Notes: generated from the sequence alone by a model not told the origin. A stretch of 64,000 nucleotides of DNA from an uncultured Lichenihabitans sp. (GCA_964243035.1 CAXTDZ010000003.1:14436-78435), one strand, 5' to 3'. Numbered from the stretch's first letter, positions 21,480-30,841 are shown. A program made the numbers and translations.

Positions 21480-23219
21480 TCAGCCCTGGTTCTCGCGCTG
21501 CCGCTTGAGGGCCGCGCCCAGGATGTCGCCGAGCGACGCGCCCGAGTCGGCCGAGCCGTACTGGGCGATGGCTTCCTTCTCCTCGGCGACTTCGAGCGCC
21601 TTGACCGACACCTGCACCTTGCGGGCCTTGCGGTCGAGCAGGGTGATGCGGGCGTCGACCTTCTCGCCCACCGCGAAGCGGTCCGGGCGCTGGTCGTTGC
21701 GGTCGCGCGCGAGCTCGGCGCGGCGCACGAAGCAGGTCAGGTCCGTGCCCGCGATGCGCACGTCCACGCCCCCGTCCTTGACGTCGATGATCTCGCAGGT
21801 GACCACCGAACCCTTGCGGAGCTCGCCGGAGGTGCCACCCTCCTCGCCCGCCTTGGACACGAAGGGGTCGCCTGCGAGCTGCTTGACGCCCAGCGAGATG
21901 CGCTCCTTCTCGACGTCGACGTCGAGCACCTGCGCCTTGATCGTGTCGCCCTTCTTGAAGTCGTCGATGACCTGCTCGCCGGGTTTGGCCCAATCGAGGT
22001 CGCTGAGGTGGACCATGCCGTCCACGTCGCCGTCGAGCCCGATGAACAGGCCGAACTCGGTCTTGTTCTTGACCTCGCCCTCGACGATCGAGCCCACCGG
22101 GTTCTTGTCGGCGAACAGCTCCCAAGGGTTGGAGAGCGTCTGCTTGAGGCCCAGCGAGATGCGGCGCTTGACGGGGTCGACCTCCAGCACCTGGACCTCG
22201 ACCTCCTGGGAGGTGGCGACGATCTTGCCGGGGTGGACGTTCTTCTTGGTCCACGACATCTCGGACACGTGGATCAGGCCCTCGATCCCCGGCTCCAGCT
22301 CCACGAAGGCGCCGTAGTCGGTGATGTTGGTGACGCGGCCGGCCATTTTGAGGTTGATGGGGTACTTGGCCTCGATCCCCTGCCACGGGTCGTCGAGGAG
22401 CTGCTTCATGCCCAGCGAGATGCGGTGCGTCTCGTGGTTGATCTTGATGATCTTGACCTTCACGGTCTGGCCGATCGACAGCACCTCGGTCGGGTGGTTG
22501 ACGCGCCGCCAGGCGATGTCGGTGACGTGCAGCAGCCCGTCGATGCCGCCCAGGTCCACGAAGGCGCCGTAGTCGGTGATGTTCTTGACCGTGCCGTCGA
22601 TGACCTGGCCTTCTTCGAGGTTGGCCACGATCTCGTGGCGCTGCTCGGCGCGGCTCTCTTCCAGCACGGTGCGGCGCGACACCACGATGTTGCCGCGGCG
22701 GCGGTCCATCTTGAGGATCTGGAAGGGCTGGGGCACGTGCATCAGCGGGGTGACGTCGCGCACGGGGCGGATGTCCACTTGGCTGCGGGGCAGGAAGGCC
22801 ACCGCGCCGTCGAGGTCGACCGTGAAGCCGCCCTTGACCTGGTTGAAGATGATGCCCTCGACCTTCTCGTTCTTCTCGAAGGCCTTCTCCAGCTTGACCC
22901 AGGACTCCTCGCGGCGCGCCTTGTCGCGCGAGATCACGGCCTCGCCGAGCGCGTTCTCGACGCGCTCCAGGTAGACCTCGACCACGTCGCCCACCCCGGG
23001 GGAGGGCTCGCGGTTCTGGTTGGTGAACTCCTTGAGGGCGACGCGCCCCTCGGTCTTGAGGCCGATGTCGATGACGGCCACGTCCTTCTCGATGGCGACG
23101 ATCGTTCCCTTGACGACCGTGCCCTCGAAGGCGTCGTTGCTGCCGTAGCTCTCGTCGAGCAGGGCGGCGAAATCTTCGCGCGTGGGATTGCCGCGCGAGG
23201 CGGATACGAGTGCGGACAT
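21480..23219 (-). CDS. rpsA: 30S ribosomal protein S1
   Basis: ORF trimmed to ATG 23219 (MSALVSASRGNPTREDFAALLDES). Six tandem S1 domains with recurring G.V...t.yGAFV.l..g.eGL.H.S. Confidence 0.95.
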   Translation of the reverse strand: MSALVSASRGNPTREDFAALLDESYGSNDAFEGTVVKGTIVAIEKDVAVIDIGLKTEGRVALKEFTNQNREPSPGVGDVVEVYLERVENALGEAVISRDKARREESWVKLEKAFEKNEKVEGIIFNQVKGGFTVDLDGAVAFLPRSQVDIRPVRDVTPLMHVPQPFQILKMDRRRGNIVVSRRTVLEESRAEQRHEIVANLEEGQVIDGTVKNITDYGAFVDLGGIDGLLHVTDIAWRRVNHPTEVLSIGQTVKVKIIKINHETHRISLGMKQLLDDPWQGIEAKYPINLKMAGRVTNITDYGAFVELEPGIEGLIHVSEMSWTKKNVHPGKIVATSQEVEVQVLEVDPVKRRISLGLKQTLSNPWELFADKNPVGSIVEGEVKNKTEFGLFIGLDGDVDGMVHLSDLDWAKPGEQVIDDFKKGDTIKAQVLDVDVEKERISLGVKQLAGDPFVSKAGEEGGTSGELRKGSVVTCEIIDVKDGGVDVRIAGTDLTCFVRRAELARDRNDQRPDRFAVGEKVDARITLLDRKARKVQVSVKALEVAEEKEAIAQYGSADSGASLGDILGAALKRQRENQG

Positions 23220-23716
23220 TGATGCTCCGATTGGGCCCTTGGCGGGCGGCGCCGGCTCTTGTTGGCGTTGCAGGGCCTGCCGAAACCGCCAGCGGCCTCC
23301 CCCTCGCGGTTCGCGAGGAAAGACCCTCCGCTCCCCCGGGAACGGGCCGGCGCTCGGACCGGCGTGACGACAGACATGGGTTGACCGCCCTACGGCCCGC
23401 CCTTCGCGAGGAAGGCCGATCCGGTCCGGCGGGGAAGTTCGCTTAGCAGGTCTCGCGCGCGCAGGCAATCCGCGCCCGCCGGTTTCGTGGACAGGATGGG
23501 GCCTTCACGACGGCGCTGCCGAGCTTGCCGGGCCGCAGCCGCAAGTCTCGCGACGTCGGCGCCGCTTCCCCGCGGCACGTCCTACAGTTTGACTTTAGAA
23601 CGACTTCAGTGTTCCGGGCGTTAGTTTTGAACTATTATACTTCCACAATATAAAACTTGCGTCGATCCGATCCAGCAACTAAGGCGGAGAACATTGAACA
23701 GAATGGGGTCAAGTCA

Positions 23717-24544
23717 GTGAAGCAATCCAGAAGTCTCGCGATCGGCGTTCTCGGCCTGTGCGGCCTGGCGGGCAGCCCCGCCCTCGCCGCGGCGCCCACG
23801 CCGGCCGAGCTCGTCAAGCCCATCGCCGACTACAAGGTCTACGTCACGGGCGAGGTGGACGCGCTCGTCGAGCAAACGCGCACGTTCGTCCGCGAGGTCA
23901 AGGCGGGCGACATGGAGGGGGCCCGCGCGGCCTACGCGCCCGCCCACGAGCGCTACGAGCGCATCGAGCCCATCGCGGAGCTGTTCAACGACCTCGACGG
24001 CAGCATGGACAGCCGCGAGGACGATTTCGAGAAGAAGGCCGCCGACCCCAACTTCCTGGGCTTCCACCGCATCGAGAAGGGCCTCTTCGCCGACCGCTCG
24101 ACCGAGGGCCTGGCGCCGGTCGCGGACAAGCTGATGGCCGACGTGCTCGACCTCCAGCGCCGGCTCGCCACCCTGACGGTCACGCCCAAGGCCATGGTGG
24201 GCGGCGCGGCCGACCTCATCGAGGAGGTGGCCTCCAAGAAGATCACCGGCGAGGAGGACCGCTATTCCCGCACCGACCTGTGGGATTTTCAAGCCAACGT
24301 CGACGGCGCGCAGAAAATCCTCGCCCTCCTGAACCCGCTGCTGAAGGCGCGGGACGCCGGGCTCGACTCACGCCTGCACGACAACTTCGCCAAGGTCGAC
24401 GCCGTGCTGTCGAAGTACCGCAGCGGGCACGGCTTCGTCAGCTACGAGAAGCTGACCGACGCCGACCGGACCACGCTGAAAGGCCCGGTCACGGCGCTCG
24501 CCGAAGACCTCGCGACCCTCAAGGGCGTCTTCGGGATCGGCTGA
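23717..24544 (+). CDS. EfeO/EfeM-like (imelysin/peptidase_M75-type) iron-uptake lipoprotein, orphan
   Basis: In-frame GTG 23717 gives KQSRSLAIGVLGLCGLAGSPALA, a lipoprotein-like signal. Has GFHRIEKGLF (HxxE motif), GEEDRYSRTDLWDF and YAPAHERYERIEP. No efeU or efeB is adjacent. The start is uncertain; the ORF opens at 23657. Confidence 0.8.
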   Translation: MKQSRSLAIGVLGLCGLAGSPALAAAPTPAELVKPIADYKVYVTGEVDALVEQTRTFVREVKAGDMEGARAAYAPAHERYERIEPIAELFNDLDGSMDSREDDFEKKAADPNFLGFHRIEKGLFADRSTEGLAPVADKLMADVLDLQRRLATLTVTPKAMVGGAADLIEEVASKKITGEEDRYSRTDLWDFQANVDGAQKILALLNPLLKARDAGLDSRLHDNFAKVDAVLSKYRSGHGFVSYEKLTDADRTTLKGPVTALAEDLATLKGVFGIG

Positions 24545-24615
24545 CGATACGGGCAAGGTCCGGTCCGAGCCGGTCTAGCGTGCTCGGGCCGGCCGCTAAC
24601 CGCGGAGGACCGGCC

Positions 24616-25098
24616 ATGGTAGAAGCGCGACACGGCGCCACCGCCTCGATCGCGGACGCCTGCGCGGACGAGGCCGAGGTCCTCGCGTTGTGGGTCATCC
24701 GCATGGTCGCGGCCGGCTACGCCACGGGCGACGTCGCCTGCTGGGACGCGGCCTACGCGGGCGCCGGTGAGGTGCTGGAGCCCGGGCCGGCCGGCGCGCT
24801 CGTGGCGCACTTGACCATGTTGGTCAGGACGGTGCGCGACGCGCGGCCCCGCGGAGAGTCGTTCCTGCCCGCGACGTGCTGCCGCGTCACCCACCACGAG
24901 GCCGCGTTCCTGAAACTCCTATCCGCGAGCCGCCGGAACGACGAGCCGACCGTCGCGGACGCTGGGTCGGCCCTCACCGGCGGAGCGATGACGCCTCGCT
25001 TGCACGGCGCGGCCAACGTCGCGGCCCGCGCGACCGACGAGGCCGCATCGCGTCTCGCGGAAAAACCGGTTCGACGCCCGACAGCGACGCGTCATTGA
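24616..25098 (+). CDS. hypothetical protein (160 aa)
   Basis: Tail of ORF 23758..25098 from ATG 24616 (MVEARHGATASIADACADE). G/C-rich third positions and a normal-looking composition (LALWVIRMVAAGYATGDVACWD...FLPATCCRVTHHEAAFLKLL). I recognise no family. Confidence 0.45.
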   Translation: MVEARHGATASIADACADEAEVLALWVIRMVAAGYATGDVACWDAAYAGAGEVLEPGPAGALVAHLTMLVRTVRDARPRGESFLPATCCRVTHHEAAFLKLLSASRRNDEPTVADAGSALTGGAMTPRLHGAANVAARATDEAASRLAEKPVRRPTATRH

Positions 25099-25181
25099 GC
25101 GGCGAACGACATCCAGGTTCGGGTTTGGCGCGGCCCGCGCGCGGAACCGGACGGGCCGCCCTCGCCGCGCTGCTCCGACGC

Positions 25182-25394
25182 CTACTCCGCCGCGGTCGAG
25201 AGCGAGGAGTTCGGCGCGAAGTGACCGCACCAGTCGCTCGACGACACCACGGGCCACAGGCCGTGAGCCTCGGGCGACGGCTGGCTGATCGGAGGGTTGA
25301 ACCGGCAGAGGCCGTCGGTGTTCGCCGACTGCAACGCCATCTTCGCGTGATCGTCGAAGAACGTGCACTTCTGGCAGGCCGCGGACGCGTTCAT
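25182..25394 (-). CDS. small Cys-rich protein (70 aa), unknown function
   Basis: ORF trimmed to ATG 25394 preceded by AGGAGGA (MNASAACQKCTFFDDHAKM...GLCRFNPP...WPVVSSSDWCGHF). The four Cys follow a CxxC...C...C pattern. Confidence 0.55.
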   Translation of the reverse strand: MNASAACQKCTFFDDHAKMALQSANTDGLCRFNPPISQPSPEAHGLWPVVSSSDWCGHFAPNSSLSTAAE

Positions 25395-25428
25395 GAGATC
25401 CTCCTGGTCGAAGCGGGGTGACCGCTTC

Positions 25429-25445
25429 TTGAGAACTCTTCTAAT
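25429..25445. promoter_or_regulatory. ICE-like (Irr-box-like) palindrome upstream of the Cys-rich ORF
   Basis: TTGAGAA-CTC-TTCTAAT matches the iron control element consensus TTTAGAA-N3-TTCTAAA at 12 of 14 positions. It lies 35-51 nt upstream of ATG 25394 in an AT-richer patch. Confidence 0.35.
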
Positions 25446-25568
25446 CTCCAAAAGTTCGCCGCGCAACAGTTTTTATCCGTTCTAAGGTAGCTCGCGGAGT
25501 CGGGCAGGACGGCCGGGCGGGACGCGGGGGCTCCGGCCGCGCCGGACAGGAGCCCCCTTCCCGGGCGG

Positions 25569-27062
25569 CTACATCGTCGGCATCGAGAACTCGGCCCCCT
25601 CCTTCACGCCCGAAGGCCAGCGCGCCGTCACCGTCTTGGTCTTGGTGTAGAAGCGCACCGCGTCGGGGCCGTGCTGGTTCAGGTCGCCGAAGGCCGAGCG
25701 CTTCCATCCCCCGAAGGAATAGTATGCGAGCGGGGTCGGGATCGGCACGTTCACGCCCACCATGCCGACCTGCACGCGGCTCACGAAGTCGCGCGCCGCG
25801 TCGCCGTCCCGGGTGAAGATCGCCGTCCCGTTGCCGTATTCGTGGTCGTTGCAGAGCGCCAGGCTCTCCTCGTAGGTCTTGGCGCGCACCACCGAAAGGA
25901 CGGGGCCGAAGATCTCCTCCTTGTAGACACGCATGTCCTTGGTCACGTTGTCGAACAGGCAGGAGCCCACGTAGAAGCCGTTCTCGTAGCCCTGCATGGT
26001 GAAGCCGCGGCCGTCCACGACGAGGTCGGCGCCTTCCTTGACGCCGATGTCGCAGTACTGGTGGACGCGCTCCACGGCGGCGCGGGTGACGAGCGGGCCG
26101 TAGTCGGCCTGCGGGTCGGTCGAAGGGCCGATCTTCAGGGCTTCCACGCGCGGCACCAGGCGCGCCATCAGCGCGTCGGCCGCGGCCTGGCCCACCGGCA
26201 CCGCGACGGAGATCGCCATGCAGCGCTGCCCGGCCGAGCCGTAGCCCGCGCCGATCAGGGCGTCGACGGTCTTGTCCATGTCGGCGTCGGGCATGACGAC
26301 CATGTGGTTCTTGGCGCCGCCGAAAGCGTGCACGCGCTTGCCCGCCGCGGCGCCCCGCGCGTAGATGTACTCGGCGATGGGCGTCGAGCCCACGAAGCCG
26401 ATCGCCTTGACCTCCGGGTGGTCGAGCAGGGCGTCAACCGCCACCTTGTCGCCGTTGACGACGTTGAGCACGCCCGCGGGCGCGCCCGCCTCCAGCATCA
26501 ACTCGGCGAGCCGCATCGGCACGCCGGGGTCGCGCTCGGACGGCTTCAGCACGAAGGAGTTGCCGCAGGCGATCGAGGGCGCGAACTTCCACATCGGGAT
26601 CATGGCGGGGAAGTTGAACGGCGTGATGCCGGCGGTCACGCCGAGCGGCTGGCGCATGGAATAGGCGTCGATGCCCGGCCCGGCACCGTCCGTGTACTCG
26701 CCCTTGAGCAGGTGCGGCACGCCGCAGGCGAACTCCACCACCTCGTAGCCGCGCTGGATGTCGCCCATGGCGTCGGGGACCGTCTTGCCGTGCTCGCGGG
26801 CGAGCAGGTCGGCCAGCTCCTTCTGGTTGTCGAGCACGAGCTGGAGGAAGCGCATCATCACGCGCGCGCGGCGCTGCGGGTTGACGGCGGCCCATTCGGG
26901 CTGCGCGGCGGCGGCGCTCGCCACCGCGGCCGCGACCTCGTCGGCGGAGGCCAGCGCCACGCGCGCGCCCACCTCGCCCGTCATGGGCGTGAACACGTCG
27001 CCGAAACGCCCCGAGGTGCCGGCGACGTGCTTGCCGCCGATGAAATGCCCGTAGTCCCTCAC
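25569..27062 (-). CDS. mmsA: CoA-acylating methylmalonate-semialdehyde dehydrogenase
   Basis: ORF trimmed to GTG 27062 (VRDYGHFIGGKHV). Aldehyde dehydrogenase body with FGGAKNH and the catalytic-Cys region GSAGQRCMA. Ends YTKTKTVTARWP, typical of MmsA. Confidence 0.9.
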   Translation of the reverse strand: MRDYGHFIGGKHVAGTSGRFGDVFTPMTGEVGARVALASADEVAAAVASAAAAQPEWAAVNPQRRARVMMRFLQLVLDNQKELADLLAREHGKTVPDAMGDIQRGYEVVEFACGVPHLLKGEYTDGAGPGIDAYSMRQPLGVTAGITPFNFPAMIPMWKFAPSIACGNSFVLKPSERDPGVPMRLAELMLEAGAPAGVLNVVNGDKVAVDALLDHPEVKAIGFVGSTPIAEYIYARGAAAGKRVHAFGGAKNHMVVMPDADMDKTVDALIGAGYGSAGQRCMAISVAVPVGQAAADALMARLVPRVEALKIGPSTDPQADYGPLVTRAAVERVHQYCDIGVKEGADLVVDGRGFTMQGYENGFYVGSCLFDNVTKDMRVYKEEIFGPVLSVVRAKTYEESLALCNDHEYGNGTAIFTRDGDAARDFVSRVQVGMVGVNVPIPTPLAYYSFGGWKRSAFGDLNQHGPDAVRFYTKTKTVTARWPSGVKEGAEFSMPTM

Positions 27063-27166
27063 GCGACCCTCCCTGCCTGCCTGCTTGACGCCCGGCACCT
27101 GACCAGGAATATTTCTGCACAGCAAGTCGCGAGATTGCGCAGCCGCTGTGTGCAAACAGGCATAGG

Positions 27167-28087
27167 ATGGATTGGGACAACCTCCGCGTCTTCCTGGCGG
27201 TGGCCCGCGCGGGCCAGTTCGTGGCCGCGGCGCGCCAGCTCAAGGTCGACCACGCCACCGTCAACCGCCGCATCACGGCGCTGGAAGGGGCGCTGAACGC
27301 CCGGCTGGTCGACCGGCGCACGACCGGGGTCGGGCTCACGGCGGCGGGGCAGGTGCTGCTCAGCACCGCGGAGGCCATGGAGACCAGCCTGCTGCGGGCG
27401 CAGGCGGCCCTGGCCGACACGGACGTCGAGCTCGGCGGCACGGTGCGGATCGGCGCGCCCGACGGGTTCTCGACCTTCTACCTCGCGCCGCGCTGCGCCC
27501 GGTTCGTCGAGCGCCACCCCCGCATCACGATCCAGCTGGTGCCGAGCCCGCAGGTCGCGCCGCTGACCAAGCGCGAGATCGACATCGCCATCGTGTTGGA
27601 CAAGCCCGAGGCGGGCCGCCTCGTGGCGCGCAAGCTCACCGATTACGCGCTGGGCATCTACGGCGCCGACGGCTACCTCGCGCGCCACGGCGTCCCCGCG
27701 GCCGTCGGGGATCTGAAGCACCACCGCCTGGTCGGCTACGTCGACGACTACGCCTATTCGCCGGCGCTGAACTACGTGCGCGAGCTCTTCGCGCGCGAGC
27801 CAGCGGGCTTCCAGTGCGCGGGCGCCATCGGGCAGGTCGAGGCCGTCCGGGCGGGGCTGGGGCTCGGGGTCCTGCACCGCTTCATCGCCGAGCGCCACGC
27901 CGACCTGCGCCCGGTCCTCCCAGACCGCACGGCGGTCCGCAGCTACTGGATCGTCGAGCACGAGGACATGCGGGGCCTCGGGCGCATCCGGGCCGCGCAC
28001 GACTTCATCGTGGAGGCGGTGCTGGCCGACCAGCCGCTGTTCAACGGCCGACCCGCGCGCCCCTCGGCCGGGCCGCGGGCGGCCTGA
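27167..28087 (+). CDS. LysR-family transcriptional regulator (divergent from mmsA)
   Basis: MDWDNLRVFLAVARAGQFVAAARQLKVDHATVNRRITALE wHTH followed by a LysR effector domain. Confidence 0.85.
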   Translation: MDWDNLRVFLAVARAGQFVAAARQLKVDHATVNRRITALEGALNARLVDRRTTGVGLTAAGQVLLSTAEAMETSLLRAQAALADTDVELGGTVRIGAPDGFSTFYLAPRCARFVERHPRITIQLVPSPQVAPLTKREIDIAIVLDKPEAGRLVARKLTDYALGIYGADGYLARHGVPAAVGDLKHHRLVGYVDDYAYSPALNYVRELFAREPAGFQCAGAIGQVEAVRAGLGLGVLHRFIAERHADLRPVLPDRTAVRSYWIVEHEDMRGLGRIRAAHDFIVEAVLADQPLFNGRPARPSAGPRAA

Positions 28088-28261
28088 CGTCGACCCCGCG
28101 AAGGCGATGTCTTCGCGACCCCGAACAGCTATGCTGCCCGTCGGAGGACGGTGGGAGGTCGGCTTGATCGCGACGCAGGGGAGCGGGGCGGACGGGGTCG
28201 CCGGGGCGGACCGGCTCCCGCGCTGTCCCGTGCCCGTCGCGGGCCGCGGGGACCGGCGCTG

Positions 28262-28705
28262 ATGGTCCACGCCGTCACGCTGCCGAGCGGCCACGTGATC
28301 AGCGACGACCGCGAACGCCTCGACATGGACCTCGTCCACCGCGCGCTCGCCGGTCAGTACTGGTCGCTGAACCGCCCGCGGGCGCTGACGGAGCGGAGCT
28401 GGGCCAACTGCCTGTGCTTCGGCATCCACCCTCCGGAGGGCGCGCAGGTGGGCTTCGGCCGGGTGCTCACCGACTACACCTTCCGCGCGCACCTCGCCGA
28501 CCTGTTCGTTCACCCGTCGTCGCGCGGCCTCGGTCTCGGAAAGGCGCTCGTTGAAGTCATCCTTGGGCACCCGGAGCTCGCAACCGTCCATCACTGGTCG
28601 CTGAACACGGCGGACGCGCAGGGGCTCTACGGCCAGTTCGGCTTCCGCGTGAGGGAAGCCGACGGCCGGTGGATGGTGCTGGACCGCACGCCTCCTGCCC
28701 GTTGA
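28262..28705 (+). CDS. GNAT-family N-acetyltransferase
   Basis: ORF trimmed to ATG 28262 (MVHAVTLPSG). Acetyl-CoA site LFVHPSSRGLGLGKALVEVIL and the tail GLYGQFGF. Confidence 0.8.
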   Translation: MVHAVTLPSGHVISDDRERLDMDLVHRALAGQYWSLNRPRALTERSWANCLCFGIHPPEGAQVGFGRVLTDYTFRAHLADLFVHPSSRGLGLGKALVEVILGHPELATVHHWSLNTADAQGLYGQFGFRVREADGRWMVLDRTPPAR

Positions 28706-29150
28706 AGGCCTGGGCGCCCGGCCCGGCGCCGCGGCCCTGCTCGCCTATCACTGCAGCATGGAGCACCCGCCGCCTGGAAGGCCGCCCGGGTCACGTCCGA
28801 TCGGTCCCGCATCGAGGATGCGCGTCACGCCGTTGCCGTGCGCGACGCGAGGGCCGCCTCGCCGCCGTTCCGCCCCGCAACGGCAGCGCGCTAGCGGCCC
28901 ACCTGATGCCGACCGCGGGCGCGGACGGGTTCCGGCCAGAGACCTGGGTCCGTCGCGCAGGACGAGGTTTCGGGCGAGATCAGGGACGTGTTCGGCGCCG
29001 TGCTGGTCCCGATCCGTTCGGACGGGCCGAGCTCGGTCCTCGACCGGCCCGCGAGCGTGTCGGCGAACAACGGCGAGGCTCTGCCGGGCGTCGCGACGCC
29101 GCGTCCGGGCGGCTGAAACACCGCCCGGCGTGGTCCGGGGCAGGCGCCCG

Positions 29151-30158
29151 TCAGAGCCGGATCACGATCTTGCCGAAATGCGTCGCGCCTTCGAGGTGGC
29201 GCCACGCGTCCGGGGCTTCCTCGAACGGGAACACCCGATCGATGACCGGCCGCAGCCCGTGCAGCGCGACCGCGCGGTTCATGGCCTCGAACAGGTCGCG
29301 CGACCCCACGTAGATGCCTTGGAGGCCGACGCGGCGGCGCAGGATGACGGTGGGGTCGATCTCGCTGCGGCCGGTGAGCACGCCGATGACCCCGACCGTG
29401 CCGCCCATCCGCACCGCCTGGAGCGAGCGCGGGAGCGTGCCCGCGCCACCCACCTCGACCACGTGGTCGACCCCGACCCCGCCCGTCAGCGCGAGCACGG
29501 CGTCCTGCCACTCCGGCGTGGTTGTGTAGTTGATGGCCTCGTCGAGCCCGAGCGCGCGGGCGCGGTCGAGCTTGTCGGACGACGACGAGGTGCCGATCAC
29601 CCGCGCCCCGAGCAGCTTGGCGAGTTGCAGCGCGAAGATCGACACCCCGCCCGTGCCCTGCACCAGCACGGTGTCGCCCGCCGCAACCCGCCCGACCGCG
29701 ACCAGGGAGGACCAGGCGGTCACGGCCGCGCAGGGCAGCGTGGCGGCTTCCTCGAACGACAGGTGCGCTGGGACGTGGACCACCGCGCTCTCGGGCGTGA
29801 CGACGTAGTCGGACAGCACGCCGTCCACCGTGCCGCCGCGCGCCCGGGCGACCAGCGCCTCGCGCACCGGCCCGCCGATCCAGTCGGGGCCGAAGATGGG
29901 GCAGACCCGGTCGCCCGGCCTGACGCGCGAGGTGCCCGGCCCCACCGCCTCCACCTCGCCCGCCCCGTCGGACACCGGCACCAGCCCGGGCCGCGCCGGG
30001 CCCGCGTAGACGCCCTTGACCGTCATCAGGTCCCGGTAGTTCAGGGACACCGCCCGGATGCGGACGAGGATCTCGCCCGGACCCGGCGTGGGTTTCGGGA
30101 CCTCGACGACCGCGAGGCCGTCGATGCTGCCGGCGCGCGCGAGCTGGTACTGCCTCAT
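29151..30158 (-). CDS. NAD(P)-dependent MDR-family (zinc-type alcohol dehydrogenase/quinone oxidoreductase-like) oxidoreductase
   Basis: GEILVRIRAVSLNYRDL, PGLVPVSDGAGEV and the cofactor loop VLVQGTGGVSIFALQLAK. Confidence 0.85.
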   Translation of the reverse strand: MRQYQLARAGSIDGLAVVEVPKPTPGPGEILVRIRAVSLNYRDLMTVKGVYAGPARPGLVPVSDGAGEVEAVGPGTSRVRPGDRVCPIFGPDWIGGPVREALVARARGGTVDGVLSDYVVTPESAVVHVPAHLSFEEAATLPCAAVTAWSSLVAVGRVAAGDTVLVQGTGGVSIFALQLAKLLGARVIGTSSSSDKLDRARALGLDEAINYTTTPEWQDAVLALTGGVGVDHVVEVGGAGTLPRSLQAVRMGGTVGVIGVLTGRSEIDPTVILRRRVGLQGIYVGSRDLFEAMNRAVALHGLRPVIDRVFPFEEAPDAWRHLEGATHFGKIVIRL

Positions 30159-30292
30159 GGGTCGGGTGCTCCGTCCTGGGTGGGCGAGATCGTGACGGGT
30201 GATGTCGGGACGTCCCGGCGCGCCGCAAGGGAGGGCTCGCCACGACCGGCCGGGCGCCGCGCATCAAGAATACTCACCGCCGCGTGATCCCC

Positions 30293-30841
30293 TCAGTAGG
30301 TGGGCGGCGTGACGGCGCTGACGATCTCGGCCTCCTCCGGTCCGGCGTTGCGGAAGCGGTGCGGCAGGCGGCTGTCGAAGTAATAGCCGTCCCCCTGCCC
30401 GAGCACGCGGCTGTCCGACCCCACCGTCACCTCCACGCGCCCGCGCGTCACGACGCCGGCCTCCTGCGCGGCGTGGGAGAAGACCCGTCCCGTGTCGGCG
30501 CCGGGCGCGTAGGTCTCGTGCAGCATGAGGAGGTGCCGGTTGGGATGGCCGAAGCCGACCATGCGGTGCGAGATCGCGTCGCTCCGGCCGATCTCCACCA
30601 GGTCCCGCGCGCGGAAGAAGGGCGAGCAGACCTTGTCCGCGTCGAGCTGGAGGAAGAAGCCCGCCAGCGTGGAGCCGAGCGCTTCCAGCACGGCGCTGAG
30701 CGTGTCGACCGACGGGCTCAGCCGGTCGCGCTCAATCAGCGAGATGGTCGAGTGCGACACGCCCGACCGCCGGGCCAGCTCGCGCAGCGCGAGCCCGCGC
30801 CGCCGGCGGAGTTCCTTGATGTGAGCCCCCACCGCCGCCAT
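30293..30841 (-). CDS. XRE-family HTH plus cupin domain transcriptional regulator
   Basis: ORF trimmed to ATG 30841 (MAAVGAHIKELRRRRGLALRELARRSGVSHSTISLIERD), with a C-terminal cupin (GDGYYFDSRLPHRFRN). Divergent from the hisD-like operon. Confidence 0.8.
   Translation of the reverse strand: MAAVGAHIKELRRRRGLALRELARRSGVSHSTISLIERDRLSPSVDTLSAVLEALGSTLAGFFLQLDADKVCSPFFRARDLVEIGRSDAISHRMVGFGHPNRHLLMLHETYAPGADTGRVFSHAAQEAGVVTRGRVEVTVGSDSRVLGQGDGYYFDSRLPHRFRNAGPEEAEIVSAVTPPTY

Noticed and set aside
23594-23610. TTTAGAA-CGA-CTTCAGT upstream of the EfeO-like gene, considered as a full ICE/Irr box.
   Set aside because: Only the left half matches. The right half matches TTCTAAA at about 2 of 7 positions. 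It is kept only as a half-site remark.
27116-27154. Imperfect inverted repeat TGCACAGC...GCTGTGTGCA in the mmsA/LysR divergent promoter, considered as a LysR binding site.
   Set aside because: The arms are unequal and the spacing does not fit the T-N11-A LysR box. It is plausible but unsupported without comparative data.
28706-29150. A 445-bp gene-free interval between the GNAT and the MDR oxidoreductase. One plus frame reads ...DEVSGEIRDVFGAVLVPIRSDGPSSVLDRPAS..., which might be a gene remnant.
   Set aside because: There is no start or SD, no recognisable family and only a short coding-like stretch. I cannot distinguish a decayed fragment from chance.
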